From Schmidtea polychroa (Eukaryota), in the NCBI GenBank assembly GCA_044892525.1, contig CM097887.1, forward strand, positions 106,432,397-106,496,396: a stretch of 64,000 nt of DNA. Reading direction: 5' to 3'. Shown one piece after another: positions 1-11,114 of this stretch (the first letter of the stretch is position 1; every line of letters starts with the position of its first letter). The notes beneath the pieces were generated by a model. That model worked only from the letters and a program-made list of their open reading frames with translations, did no database searches and had not been told where the DNA came from. Made by a program: the position numbers and the translations under genes.

Positions 1-1032
1 TTTTTGTTTTCCAATAGCAGTAAAATATTTCCACATTTTATTTTTTAATGTTCTATTTAATCTTTCAACCACAACTGCTTTTGCTTCGTTTTCTGTTGAA
101 TATAATTTAATATCATTTTCATTTAAAAACTTTGTAAAAACTTTGTTATAAAATTCTGTTCCTTTATCACACCATAAATATTTTGGAATTCTTTGATGTT
201 GTTCAAATATATTTTCAAATGCTTCTGTAATTGAATATCCTGTTTTATTTTCTAAACACCTTGCAAAAGCAAATCTTGTATATAAATCTATTACTGTTAA
301 AATTATTTTATATTTTTCAGGGTCTGATGATTTAGGCATAAAGACTAAATCAGCAGACCATGTTTGATCTTTTTCATGTACTTGAACTTTTAAATATTTT
401 TTATTTTTTCTAAATTCATGGTGTAATTCGTTGGCATATTTTATTTGTGATTCTGTTGGGGTTTGTAAGGGTTTATTCTCAAAGAGTTGATTCTCAAGGG
501 ATCTTTCAACGTCTGCTTGTTCAATAATCCTTTTATTAGCAACATCTTTTGCTTTTCTAGGAAGTCCTGCTCCTATGAAAATCTTACCTTTCATTGCTAA
601 TTTAACTAGAGCTCTTTGAATCTTTTCCTTGCTTGATGGATTTTGTATATTATTTAAATCATGTATTAAATTCACATCAGCAACATGTCTATCTCTAAGA
701 TCTTCAGAGTTGTAAGCAATGTCATGTTTTAAAGCTGCTTGATCAATTCTATTTATTGGTTCTTCTCCTTGTTTAGGATTATTATTTTCATCTAATCTAA
801 TATCTAATCTTGTTCCTGGTCCAGTATAATTGTGACGGAATAAATGTCTTTCACCTGGATATTTTTCTGTAGTAAAAGGTTTTAATATTGTAGATGTTGT
901 TTTTGAAGATTGTAGATCACCTCCTGTTCGTGTAATATCGCCTCCTATATGTTTTTTAGTTTTGAGATGACTTGCTTTGTGATGTCTTGTAACTTGACAA
1001 TTACAAGTTTCGCATCTCCAATATTTACTCAT
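1..1032 (-). CDS. C2H2 zinc finger + parvovirus-type PLA2 + DDE (rve) integrase fusion; 344 codons visible, 3'-partial, absent from the ORF track
   Basis: Manual translation from ATG at 1032 is open to base 1: MSKYWRCETCNCQVTRHHKASHLKTKKH (ZnF); HNYTGPGT...INRIDQAALKHDIAY (PLA2 Ca-loop and HD); NELHHEFRK...DQTWSADLVFM...LTVIDLYTRFAF...LWCDKGTEFYN...VVERLNRTLK (integrase D,D,E). Confidence 0.9.
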   Translation of the reverse strand, partial: MSKYWRCETCNCQVTRHHKASHLKTKKHIGGDITRTGGDLQSSKTTSTILKPFTTEKYPGERHLFRHNYTGPGTRLDIRLDENNNPKQGEEPINRIDQAALKHDIAYNSEDLRDRHVADVNLIHDLNNIQNPSSKEKIQRALVKLAMKGKIFIGAGLPRKAKDVANKRIIEQADVERSLENQLFENKPLQTPTESQIKYANELHHEFRKNKKYLKVQVHEKDQTWSADLVFMPKSSDPEKYKIILTVIDLYTRFAFARCLENKTGYSITEAFENIFEQHQRIPKYLWCDKGTEFYNKVFTKFLNENDIKLYSTENEAKAVVVERLNRTLKNKMWKYFTAIGKQK

Positions 1033-1061
1033 TTTAAAAGTTTTTTTATGGGGGAATCTAC

Positions 1062-2357
1062 TTATGAAGAATCTCCCCTAACATTTTCAATAATTGAAAT
1101 CTTTCCACCATATAATTTCATTTCTATTTTCTTTTCTTCTAATATTAATGTATATACTTTAGCTTTAAAATTAGAATCCTTTGTTACATGAAGTGTAACA
1201 TCAACATTATTTATGGCTAGGCGATCATCTTGGTCTGAAACATTTATACAAAATATAGAATATAAATTTTTGAAATCTTCTAAACTTAATTGCGGTTCAA
1301 CTTTGAAATCATAACATGTTTCAATATAATTTAGATATGGGAATATGTTTTCATTATTTTCAATATTAAATTCCATTCTATTTATTGGATAATAAGAACT
1401 ATTTAATTGAATTTGGATTGTTTTTAAATTATCATTTCCAATCTTTTGAATAAACAAGTTGTTATTTTTTTGGAAAGATGAATCTACTTCTTTGAATCCA
1501 ATCAAGATATATCTTGGTCGGTATGCTAAATTTGCCACCTTTATAGAATATGTTGAACCCTCTGTCATACTAAATTCACTACAGATTCTATTTAAATAAT
1601 TTACATTTATAGACTTGTTGGAATTTAATCTTTCAAGGAGTTTGATTTCAGAATGTGGATTTAATGTCCGTTCAGGTATATGCAATTCAAGTGTTGATAA
1701 TTTTAATTTAGCTTTTGTATCTGCAGCTCCATAGAACAATCTTTTATCACCTTCTAGTCTATTACAGATGAGTTCTATAAAAACATTATAGAGCACCCGG
1801 TTATAGTTTTGAAGGAATCCGAACAAGTGTTTTAATTCAAAATAACCTTCAAATTTTTTAGATTTATAAAGTTCAGCTCTTTTATAATAACCATAATTTA
1901 TATCTAAACCATCTTTATCTAAATCTCCTTTATTAACATCAGGAATCCAACCTGTTAATTCACCATATTCATTTTTATAATCACAACCAGTCAAAATAAA
2001 ATTTAACATTGTAGAATATACTCCTGGATGTAAAACAGTTTCAATTTCTGATGATCCTAGTTTTAATCTCATGTTGAAGAATAAATTTGGAAAGAAATTG
2101 TTTTCTAGGGTTATATCTTTGTTTGCTTCAATTTCTAATTCAATTTTATAATATAATTTGGCATTACAAATATCTATTGGGTTTGATGTTTGAAGAGATT
2201 GAAAAACTATATCACCCCTACGATTTAAGTTTGCAATAGATCCTGAAGTTGGAGAGATTTTTAAAATATCGATTTTTTTTATTTCATGAGTAAATTCTTT
2301 ATTATAATCAAGATTTAATTTATTTTTTTCTTGAATTTTAAGATTTATATTATTCAT
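1062..2357 (-). CDS. Polinton/adintovirus major capsid protein (putative double jelly-roll), 431 aa
   Basis: Intact ORF directly upstream of the integrase; motifs ENNFFPNLF, IETVLHPGVYSTML, GWIPD, YYPINRMEF resemble Maverick MCPs; size fits. Confidence 0.75.
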   Translation of the reverse strand: MNNINLKIQEKNKLNLDYNKEFTHEIKKIDILKISPTSGSIANLNRRGDIVFQSLQTSNPIDICNAKLYYKIELEIEANKDITLENNFFPNLFFNMRLKLGSSEIETVLHPGVYSTMLNFILTGCDYKNEYGELTGWIPDVNKGDLDKDGLDINYGYYKRAELYKSKKFEGYFELKHLFGFLQNYNRVLYNVFIELICNRLEGDKRLFYGAADTKAKLKLSTLELHIPERTLNPHSEIKLLERLNSNKSINVNYLNRICSEFSMTEGSTYSIKVANLAYRPRYILIGFKEVDSSFQKNNNLFIQKIGNDNLKTIQIQLNSSYYPINRMEFNIENNENIFPYLNYIETCYDFKVEPQLSLEDFKNLYSIFCINVSDQDDRLAINNVDVTLHVTKDSNFKAKVYTLILEEKKIEMKLYGGKISIIENVRGDSS

Positions 2358-2394
2358 TTTTATAATAAAAATTTAAAAAATGACAAAAATCCGA

Positions 2395-2478
2395 ACTCCG
2401 ATAGCGCAGTGGGAATAGACTGGCATTGTGGTTCAAATGGATAGCGGTTCAAATCCTAACTACGGTTAGTTTTTTTTT
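2395..2478 (+). ncRNA. tRNA-like RNA polymerase III cassette, copy 1
   Basis: A-box TAGCGCAGTGG (2402-2412), B-box GGTTCAAATCC (2446-2456), T9 run (2470-2478); cloverleaf stems imperfect. Confidence 0.55.
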
Positions 2479-2629
2479 AACATAAAATAATATTAAAAAT
2501 TTGAAAATAATATTGAAAATGGTGTGGGTATCTTAGATTTATATTTTATTTTATTTATTTTTATTTTATTTTATTTATTTTATTTTATTTTTTTATTAAT
2601 TAAAAATTTAAAAAATGACAAAAATCCGA

Positions 2630-2712
2630 ACTCCGATAGCGCAGTGGGAATAGACTGGCATTGTGGTTCAAATGCTAGTGGTTCAAATCACATCTGAGGT
2701 TAGTTTTTTTTT
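2630..2712 (+). ncRNA. tRNA-like RNA polymerase III cassette, copy 2 (235 bp downstream of copy 1)
   Basis: A-box TAGCGCAGTGG (2637-2647), B-box GGTTCAAATCA (2680-2690), T9 run (2704-2712); 9-bp stem ACTGGCATT/AATGCTAGT. Confidence 0.55.
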
Positions 2713-3200
2713 CAACATAAAATAATATTAAAAATTTGAAAATAATATTGAAAATAATTTTTGAAAATAAATATTAAAAAAATATATAGTGTGGGTATCT
2801 TAGGAAATAAATCTTGTTTATTTTATTTATTTATTAATTAATTAATTTTTAAACATAAATATGAAAAAAAAAATATTGAAACGGGTGATGGTGGCGAACC
2901 GGTAATTATCGCCACCAGTCTTTCGAACACCCCCGGATCGATTCTATAATGTGCACATTTATTTCTTGGTTGTTTTCGGACCTCTTTCGGATTCGCTTTC
3001 GAATTCATTTGTACTTTCGAGCAGCACACTTAAAACGCCGATGAAATCGACTTCGTGAGCGAGAAGCGAATAATAAGGTGTGCTGCTATTATCGAATTGA
3101 TTCTGATATATAAGTCTGGCCAGCTTGTATATTGGAAGAGATTTGATAAACGAAAGAGGTTGAAATAAAAAAAAAATGATCCGGATCAAAAAAAAACTGT

Positions 3201-3241
3201 TGAGAGGACAGTGAAAAAAAAAAAATACCACTGTCCTCTCA
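3201..3241. repeat. 13-bp perfect hairpin with A-rich loop
   Basis: TGAGAGGACAGTG (3201-3213) / CACTGTCCTCTCA (3229-3241). Confidence 0.9.
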
Positions 3242-3300
3242 GAGCAGTTTTACTATTTTCATAAATTAGTCAAATAGCAACTTGCTAGTTGACATCCTCA

Positions 3301-3579
3301 AGTAGTGTGTTTATATCCCTAACGACCGCAAGCCGACAAACGTTTTTCATAGTTTTATCAGTATTTTTTTCCCCGTTTTATTAATATTTTTGTTGTTTTT
3401 TTAATATTTTTGTTGTTTTTTTTAAGTCTTTATTTTGAAACCAAAATGTCTTCAGAATAAAGAAATTAAAAGATATAGGTTTTTAGGGGTTTTAAGTGTT
3501 TTTTTTACGTTTATGGGGGAAAAATAGGTATAAAAACAAGTGGGAGGCTTGTGGTCGTTAGGGATATAAACACACTACT
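3301..3579. repeat. 34-bp Polinton-type inverted repeats (33/34 identical) enclosing 279 bp
   Basis: AGTAGTGTGTTTATATCCCTAACGACCGCAAGCC at 3301 and its reverse complement ending ACTACT at 3579; flanks TCCTCA and AGGGTA are not a TSD. Confidence 0.9.
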
Positions 3580-5679
3580 AGGGTAGATTTTAACTTTAAC
3601 TTTAAAGAGATCCTTGAATAACTTTAATTTTAAAGGATTGTTTGGATTTAAGACGTGCGAATCCTGCCCAAAGTGTAAATATGATATGGATGGATGGATG
3701 GGTTGTTAGTTTGTTTTCCGATGATGAAACCGAAGGTGAGTGAGTGTCACGAACAAATAAGATGACGCGTCATCTAACAAGTTCAAATATCGATTAGACA
3801 CTCAGATAGTAAGAAGTTCACCAAACATCGCGATAAAGAGTTTTATACACACGAAATTACACAGTTGGACAGAAAATAAATCGATGCGTGGGCAGGGGGC
3901 AGAGAAAATATGGTAGTGGTGGACGCACATACAGCCTGTTATAAGGACCCGATCGAGAATTTGCAGTCTGATTTCTAAAAAATGTCGAATCCAATCGATT
4001 ATCCCTGGTGAAATAATAAGGAAGCAGGAACATCTTCAGTCGGCCGTTATCAAGCGTCCAAGCTCGAACAATAAGACAAACAGAAGCCCCCTGAACAGTT
4101 CAGTCCGTGGCAAGAGTGGTTGTTGAGAAAAATCGAGGCTGCTCCCATTTGTGCATGGTACACTTTAAGATCGACAAACCAACATCGCAATAATTACCAC
4201 ACGCCGCGTTCTTTCAGTAATATTAATCAATTGCAGTCGAACGTTTCGCCGATGACCTTGCTTAAAATGAAAATAAATATTAAAATTTCGTACCCGATAA
4301 TGAATAACTTACTAGTAATCGATGTCAAGTTGAAGATAACCTTGAAATTTCCCCACAAACTGAGAACAATCTCTATTTCAGTTGTAATCCCATCTCGTAA
4401 TAGCCAATCCATTGAAGACTGACTGCCACGTCAAAACAAGTTGTTAAAAATCATACACCAGCTGTGAATCGTCTCTATTTCCGTAGCGCTCGATAAAATA
4501 AAAAAATAGCCCACCACCAATAAATGAGTCCCATGTGATATTATCTAATGCCACGTCACTGAGATAGGTAGGCAGATGAGGAGAAGATTCTCTGCGAATG
4601 TGGGGTGTGTAGAGAGAGAGAATCTCTACCCGCTACACACCTCGCCAAAATAAGCCAAAGGGAATGTGCGAAATTCCATTTCGACTAAAATATCATATGG
4701 CAAATCAATACAAATTAGAGGCTCCAGGTAAATGCTCGCGTAAGGTACCATCAAAAAGCATCTGGTTTGACGTCAGAGAACCGCTGCCAACGGACAGAGG
4801 GGATATGTTGAAGATAGAATTATGCCCATCCAGTAAGATTGATTAAATATTTGCAAATCGTAATAATAAATTTTCATTTTTTATGACGAAGTTGGAACAG
4901 ATCATGATTCATGGATAGGAATTTAGGGATTTGTTGAGTGGGAGGTAAAACAAAAACTGTCGGGGAAGGAAAAACATCTCTTGGTCTAAACTAGGGCACA
5001 TTCCTCATGAACCAAATGTTCTATTCATCTAACCCGTTATCGACAATCACCATTGGAATTTTTATTTAGACTATTTCGACTTTTAACAGTCCTTATGCTC
5101 TTAAAGGAAAAATAATGATTGTATACTCCAAGTGACTAGCTTGTGTCTTGGGAATATAATTGTAGAAAATCACCTTTTATTATGTAATAGATAAATGAAT
5201 CGGGGGAAAACCCAATATGTACCGGCACAAATGTTTGGTTGTTATCTTTCGAAACTGCCAAACTCAGTGATTCGAGTAAGATTCGGTCCTATGAGAAATT
5301 TCCTTTGAGGGTATTTTTAATAACTACATCCAGCGCCGTCTCTTCCATTGTGCTAACTGTGCTAAGCACAGGGGGCGCCGTAAATTTTATAAAACCCATA
5401 AATTTGATAAAATAATGATGTAATATATAATATTAATATATATTAATATATGTATATGTATCTGGAGCTTCAATTACAGTGATGAATAAAGAAACATGGA
5501 ATAAAATTGGCAGTCCACGGTTAAGCAGCAGTGAAATCAAAATATGTAGAGTTTTTCCAGGAACTCAAAAACCACAGAGATTTACAGAAGCAAATGTTTA
5601 TCGTGTTGGGTTGTCAACTAGGTCAACACTCATTCACTCTCTACTATGGGATGAAGGTCAATCAATCTAAGCAAACCAT

Positions 5680-6960
5680 TTTGTCGACCGCTAGTCAGAC
5701 CCCCATGATCGTTCTAACATCATGACACCCATGACTTATATCATGTTGGTACTGTGCCATGATGGCGGAATATAGTGAAGCAGGTGAGCCCCTACCTTAG
5801 GACTACTTCTTCACCATATTCCGGCTTACCCTTCTCCTGACGGCCGATAGAAGGACTTACGTCTTATTTCACTCATCGAGACTTTAGTCTACGCTATCCC
5901 TTTTTCTCCACAGATACACGACCTTAAGAACCAATTACACTCCACAAAATTATATCATAAATGTTTAAAACCACCGACCCCACATGAATCCAAATCATTT
6001 GATTGCACAAAACACGCACAACTGAAAGAAAATTAAATTTACACCAAGATGTTCGATCGAGATTACGCAACCAGACATATAGGATCACATAGAAAACAAT
6101 CTACTCAGTTCATGTATTTACACTCACAGATTACGCGTTGGTTTTTTCAAAAAGTAGATGGTGAAGTTTCGGTGAAGATCTCATCCAAGTCTAAAAAGTC
6201 CGTGGCGCTCTTTTCCCAAGGAGTACTGGACGGTGGCGCAACACGAAACTGCCCCGTTAAAGCAGCTGGCACCCCTGGTTGTGTTTGAAGGGCTATTCTA
6301 ACCCCTTTAACAATCAATTGTGTCTCCCGTTCAGCTTGTAAGGCTTTACGTTTTTTATTTCGTTCAAATCGAGTCGGTTGGCAACGCTTGGTCTTGACTG
6401 GTTGTACTGGAATGGTATTCGATTTTTGTGGTATTGTCGAATTTGGAGTCACCTGGCTGACACCAGTGATGCGGACATCTGGAGTTGTGGGCGATAGAAG
6501 GGTGTCCACACAACTCTTACATGATTTACTCGTCGACTGATCCGATTCAAGAGAGTAATGATGAGATGGAAATGCATTATCCTCTTCAGAAATGGGGGCG
6601 ATCTTCTTCGTGAGGGTAGCCTGCACATAGGCTTTATGCAAGGCTTCGGATTGCTCCTTGATGAGCAACCGTTGTGAGCGGCTCCCCCTATGAGGCTATT
6701 TCGACAATGTTCCACTCTTGACAGTTTTTTCCTCATCTCTTTCATTTGTGTAGGAGTGAACCACGTTCCTTCGAAGTGGTCCACCTTCTTTTTCAATAAG
6801 CCGATTTGTGTCTGCAATGTTTTGATGATTTCATTCTTATCGGCACAAGAATAACATGGCCGAAGTGTCGTCTGTGTTAAGGGATTGTTAGACATGCCTA
6901 AAATGAAAACGAAGCTATAACATTCGATATTCGACGGCAAAACCTAAATTAGTAAATGAG
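5680..6960 (-). mobile_element. LTR-retrotransposon 3' remnant: frameshifted accessory ORF, purine tract and LTR-like segment
   Basis: 5680-5870 aligns by eye with 48190-48370; purine tract GGAGAAAAAGGGA (minus strand, ~5895-5908); overlapping ORFs 6449-6940 and 6147-6668 end in TSPSTF*, also seen near 48735. Confidence 0.55.
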
Positions 6961-7354
6961 AGCAAGCACAAAGATCTTTAGATGGACATCTTTTCCAAAT
7001 AAAGCTATTGAATTAAATATCGACATCATAACAAAAATTTATTAAAGAAAAAATAACAAAACATAACTAGTATGTTAGTAACAATAAAACAGGCAAGCTG
7101 TTATATGGGATTGAATCTTCTAGAGTGCTCTTTTAAGGATGCTGGCACTATCACCTCCGACATAATATTCACCTCGGTTAATTGAAATAAATGTTCCTTT
7201 TACTTATAAATGTCTAATACCGATCAAATTGCCTCATGAACTATACTTCCTGTAATGTGTTGTTATATTTTGTTTTTTTTGTTTTTAACTAGGTTCAGTA
7301 ATTTTTGGTGACATAGTTCAGCACGTGTCACGTTTGGAAAAGATAAAAAAATTA

Positions 7355-7390
7355 TATAGCGATAATTTACTATGGTAAATTATCGCTATA
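7355..7390. repeat. 16-bp perfect hairpin followed by (GAAATT)-like tandem repeats
   Basis: TATAGCGATAATTTAC-TATG-GTAAATTATCGCTATA; about 10 six-base units at ~7410-7472. Confidence 0.85.
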
Positions 7391-8489
7391 CGAAAATCGA
7401 TTAAAAAAAATTGAAAATTGAAAATTGGAAATTGGAAATTGGAAATTGGAAATTCAAAATTCAAAATTCAAAAAACTAAACTAATTAAAATCAAACGCTA
7501 AAACCTTAATCTAAGAATTCATTAAAGAAGATCAGAAGATATTAATTACCAAAAAGTAACAAAGACTCTGAAATTCATCAATTTCATTTAACTACCTGGT
7601 GATATTCAATCCCATCCTCTAGAAAGCTAAAGTGGTAAATTTTTTGAATTTAACAATTTCATCTAACTATCCGGCGATATTCGATCCGGTTCTATAAAGT
7701 ATTTATCTTTGTAGTTGAATAAAAGTTTATTGTTGATTATAGTTTATTATTAATTATTTTTGTTAGGTATTGTATACCCACTAATAGAAAATACTTTTTG
7801 ACAACACACACGCACCCCGATTGTCCAGCCACTTATTTTTTATCGGGTCCTACAATTATTCCTAACACAAATCACATATAACAAAACATTCCTAATTTAA
7901 GATTATCGTTGGCTATTTTAATCAATGAGATCAATTCTGGATATCTTGAGAATATAGTTGTGTAGTGTACTTTTAATTCAAACTTAATTTAAATGAGTGA
8001 TAATACGAATTAAATAAACTAAGCCTGATTTGATTTAAATTATTTCGTATAACATCAAAGGTTGATTAACCTAATTAAACTTTAATGAGATATAACGACG
8101 AATGAGAAAGAAAAATCGGTTGAATTTTAAGTACTTTAAGTACGGCAACATTTATTTCGGAATGATACACCTGTCTGTAGCCAATGTGAATGAGAGATTA
8201 AGTTATGCTAAATGGGTAATTAAACCGGCTGTAACATTCAGCCAATCCGCAGCCAGTATTGAGTATCAGGTATCCCAACCACATGTTGTCTCAATCGATT
8301 TGATGACCTAAATTGGTTGGAAACTCAGCGCCCGTTTCTTAACTGAGTACGGAATAATCACGTAATCATTACCAGCACTTGAAAAATTTTCAATTTCTAC
8401 TCACCGTGTGTACTCAATTCCCACTGCATCTATTCTTATCAGAATCTAGCATGATTATGTCATCTGTCTGTAGAGTGAAAATTCTCATC

Positions 8490-9030
8490 AATGAACGCCT
8501 AATGGAGCAATTGTTTATTTAGACGATATTCTGCTATATGGTAAGGACCAGTCTGAACATGATGAGCGATTGCGATAAGTTTTTAAAAGAATAAAAAAAC
8601 AGGTTTAAGAATAAATCCGGAGAAGTGCGAAATTTACAAAACCAAATTAAAATTCCTTGGTCACGCCGTCAGTGAAGATGGAATGCAGAGAAATTCAGAG
8701 AAGATCAAGTCAATTACAGAAGCGACGAAACTTCGATCATTTCTGGGTTGAGTCAAATAAAGAAGACGGTTCAGAAATAGTTATCGCATACGGTTCACGA
8801 AATCTGAAAAGGAATACTGCGTAACCAGGAAAGAGTTTTTGGCATTGCATGAATATGTTTTATATTTTAGACAGTATACAGGAAAGAATTCGTGACTCGA
8901 ACAGATCACAAAGCTTTAGTATTTATGAACACAAAAAAAGCAATAAGTCCACAATTTCAGACATGGATGGCTAATCTATCGGAATACGATTTCCAATTGA
9001 AATACCGGAAAGGTGAAGAACATGCAAACT
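8490..9030 (+). pseudogene. Ty3/Gypsy pol remnant (RT C-terminus + RNase H) with stops, frameshifts and an internal deletion
   Basis: IVYLDDILLYGKDQSEHDERL...INPEKCEIYKTKLKFLGH; SEKEYCVTRKEFLAL...RTDHKALVFM...WMANLSEYDFQLKYRKGEEHAN. Confidence 0.9.
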
Positions 9031-9249
9031 GGCTCAGGGGGAAAACCAGGAACTTAGGCTAGTTACTACAACGCGTTTCATCCAGAACCAGTGACAGAAA
9101 GCCGAACGAGCCAGTTAACGAGTGCACAAGGAAACATGCCGGTTGAGAGTTAGCTATTGCAACTCCTTTTCGTACGCTCGACAAGTGACGCATGGTATAA
9201 GTGTGTTCAAATGTGTTGAAATAAAATGTATGATAGTATAAAATCTTTT

Positions 9250-9630
9250 ACATGTTCAAAAGCGCCAGGGATTTTCTCAGGTTTTTTCGTAAGAGGAGCA
9301 GTAGATTACCCGAGACAGTGAGAATAGATAAGAGATAAAATGAAAGGACCTAAGCTAAAATAGGACAGAGACCTTCTATCGGTAGTCCGTGAACGAACCC
9401 GAATGCTTGACGATTATAGTATACTGGAGTATGCTCAATTTTCGCAAGCATTCACCCATGCGACCCATCACCAACGTCGAGTACTCATGTGTCGAATTCT
9501 CAACGGGTGTTGAATGGCAAAGTGAATCAGTTGTATTCTGGATTACGCTAGAGACTGCACGAAAGGGTAAGATTTGCTTTACCTGTAACCCACCTTACTA
9601 CTCAATTTTATTAATTGAATTAATCACATA
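9250..9630 (+). mobile_element. LTR-like segment
   Basis: Homologous by eye to the reverse complement of 21548-21730 (CCTTCTATCGG..AGTCCGTGAAC, TTACGCT.GA.AC..C.CG...GGTAA); follows the pol remnant. Confidence 0.55.
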
Positions 9631-9691
9631 AAATATTTTTGTTGTAATTTACAGATCTTTGTAATAAATAAATATTCAAACTTGAATTTTT

Positions 9692-10510
9692 ATGGCTTTA
9701 ACTAGAGATGACGACAGAAATGGTGTTAGAAATGGGATTCCAACAGCTGGGGAAAATAATTTACTTTTGATAAGGATTCCAAATTACATATCAAATGCAA
9801 AAAATTTGTTTGCTCAAATCGATGCTTCATTTGAGTTGTCTAACATTCGAAACACAAAAAACAAAGTATTTCTATTTATTAATACGTTTGGCATCGTACG
9901 TTCTCGACAAAGTTGCATACGCTATGAACTCCCAATGTAGCTCTCTGTATGACAAATTAAAAGAAGTCTTCATCAATTAAACAACTTTGACTGCAATTCA
10001 ATAGTCTCCTTATGCAGAAATAAATCGACTACTTCAAGATGATGTCCACAGTCCAGAATAAACTAATCAGCCATCACAAAATAATTCAACCAAAAATCGA
10101 AGTAGAAGACTCAAATCTGATCAAAAATCAATTTCTCTAGAAATTATCAGCAAACTGTCGTCAACATCTGATAAATCAGTGACAAATCCCTTTCAAATTT
10201 AGCCGAGTTGGCTGATATCCACAATGATAACTAACTAACTGATAAATGTTTGATTGATTCTGGAGCAGACATAACGGTACACCTAACTAACATGGTTTAA
10301 AACCAGACAATTATCAGAAAATACATCATCTGACATTAGCAGATTTCACCTCAATAAAAACGTACGGCGAGAAAGTTCTTTTATTTAATATTTCTAGATA
10401 TAATGAAACATTCTCATAGAATGTGATTGTGGCTGATGTCAAAGAACTGGTTCTGGGCTCAGATTTTATCTACAAACACCAGCTATTAGTTGATTGTGCT
10501 ATTCAGAAAC
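9692..10510 (+). pseudogene. Ty3/Gypsy gag-protease remnant
   Basis: LFAQIDASFELSNIRNTKNK (gag N-terminal WFxQxExxF-like motif); LIDSGADITV (aspartic protease); VADVKELVLGSDFIYKHQLLVDC. Confidence 0.75.
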
Positions 10511-11106
10511 AAATCTTAAGTTAGTAACAATCTCAACAATCAGAAAAATACATTTCTCAGAATTGAAACCACTGGTGGACCAGTATAACAAATACAAATA
10601 ATAGTTCAAGATTTTTTCAATGTAATAACCAATCCTGACAAATTAATAAATTAAATATAATTAAGAATATTGTTCAAATAAGCTTGATCAATTCATTTAA
10701 AAATCCCAAAAATCTTTATAAAATTAAACATTCAATAAATCTATATAAACAATATATACAATTATGGTTATATTTCTAATATTTGAAAGAATACAATAAA
10801 TTTTAATTCTTCTATAAAAAACAAAATTCAATTATTTTACAGATCAGAAAAAATAATATAAGATATTAATAAGCTAAAATTTTATTGCAACAATTAATTT
10901 GAGTTCAGATTTTGAAATGTTAGATACATAAAAGTAAAAATTGAAATTTAGAATTTTTACTACTCAATTATTAGAAATTTTTATCGATTGTTTGATTCTT
11001 CAACAATTCTAGAACAATTTGTCAGTAAAAATGAGTCATGCTGTTGCTAGGCTTGTGTTACAGAGAATTGTATTTGTGTGTACAGCGTGTGTGTGCTCCA
11101 TAAAGA

Positions 11107-11114
11107 TATATAAA
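11107..11114 (+). promoter_or_regulatory. TATA box of alpha-tubulin
   Basis: TATATAAA about 80 bp upstream of the ATG, with an Inr-like TCATTT about 28 bp downstream. Confidence 0.6.

Larger units (their letters stand above)
1..3579 (-). mobile_element. Polinton/Maverick (adintovirus-like) element, terminal portion; continues beyond the window start
   Basis: Capsid-like ORF and retroviral-type integrase ORF on the minus strand; the region ends in ...CACACTACT at 3579, matching the Polinton AGTAGT/ACTACT terminus. Confidence 0.85.

Noticed and set aside
2395-2712. Functional tRNA-His genes
   Set aside because: Acceptor and T stems do not pair in canonical register; kept only as tRNA-like Pol III cassettes.
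3640-5330. Possible coding or LTR region with short ORFs and the palindrome AGATGACGCGTCATCT
   Set aside because: No recognisable domain or element ends; probably decayed retroelement DNA, but I cannot support a call.
5330-5400. hAT-MITE-like start (CAGCGCCGTC..GTGCTAAGCACAGGG)
   Set aside because: No matching right end or TSD found.
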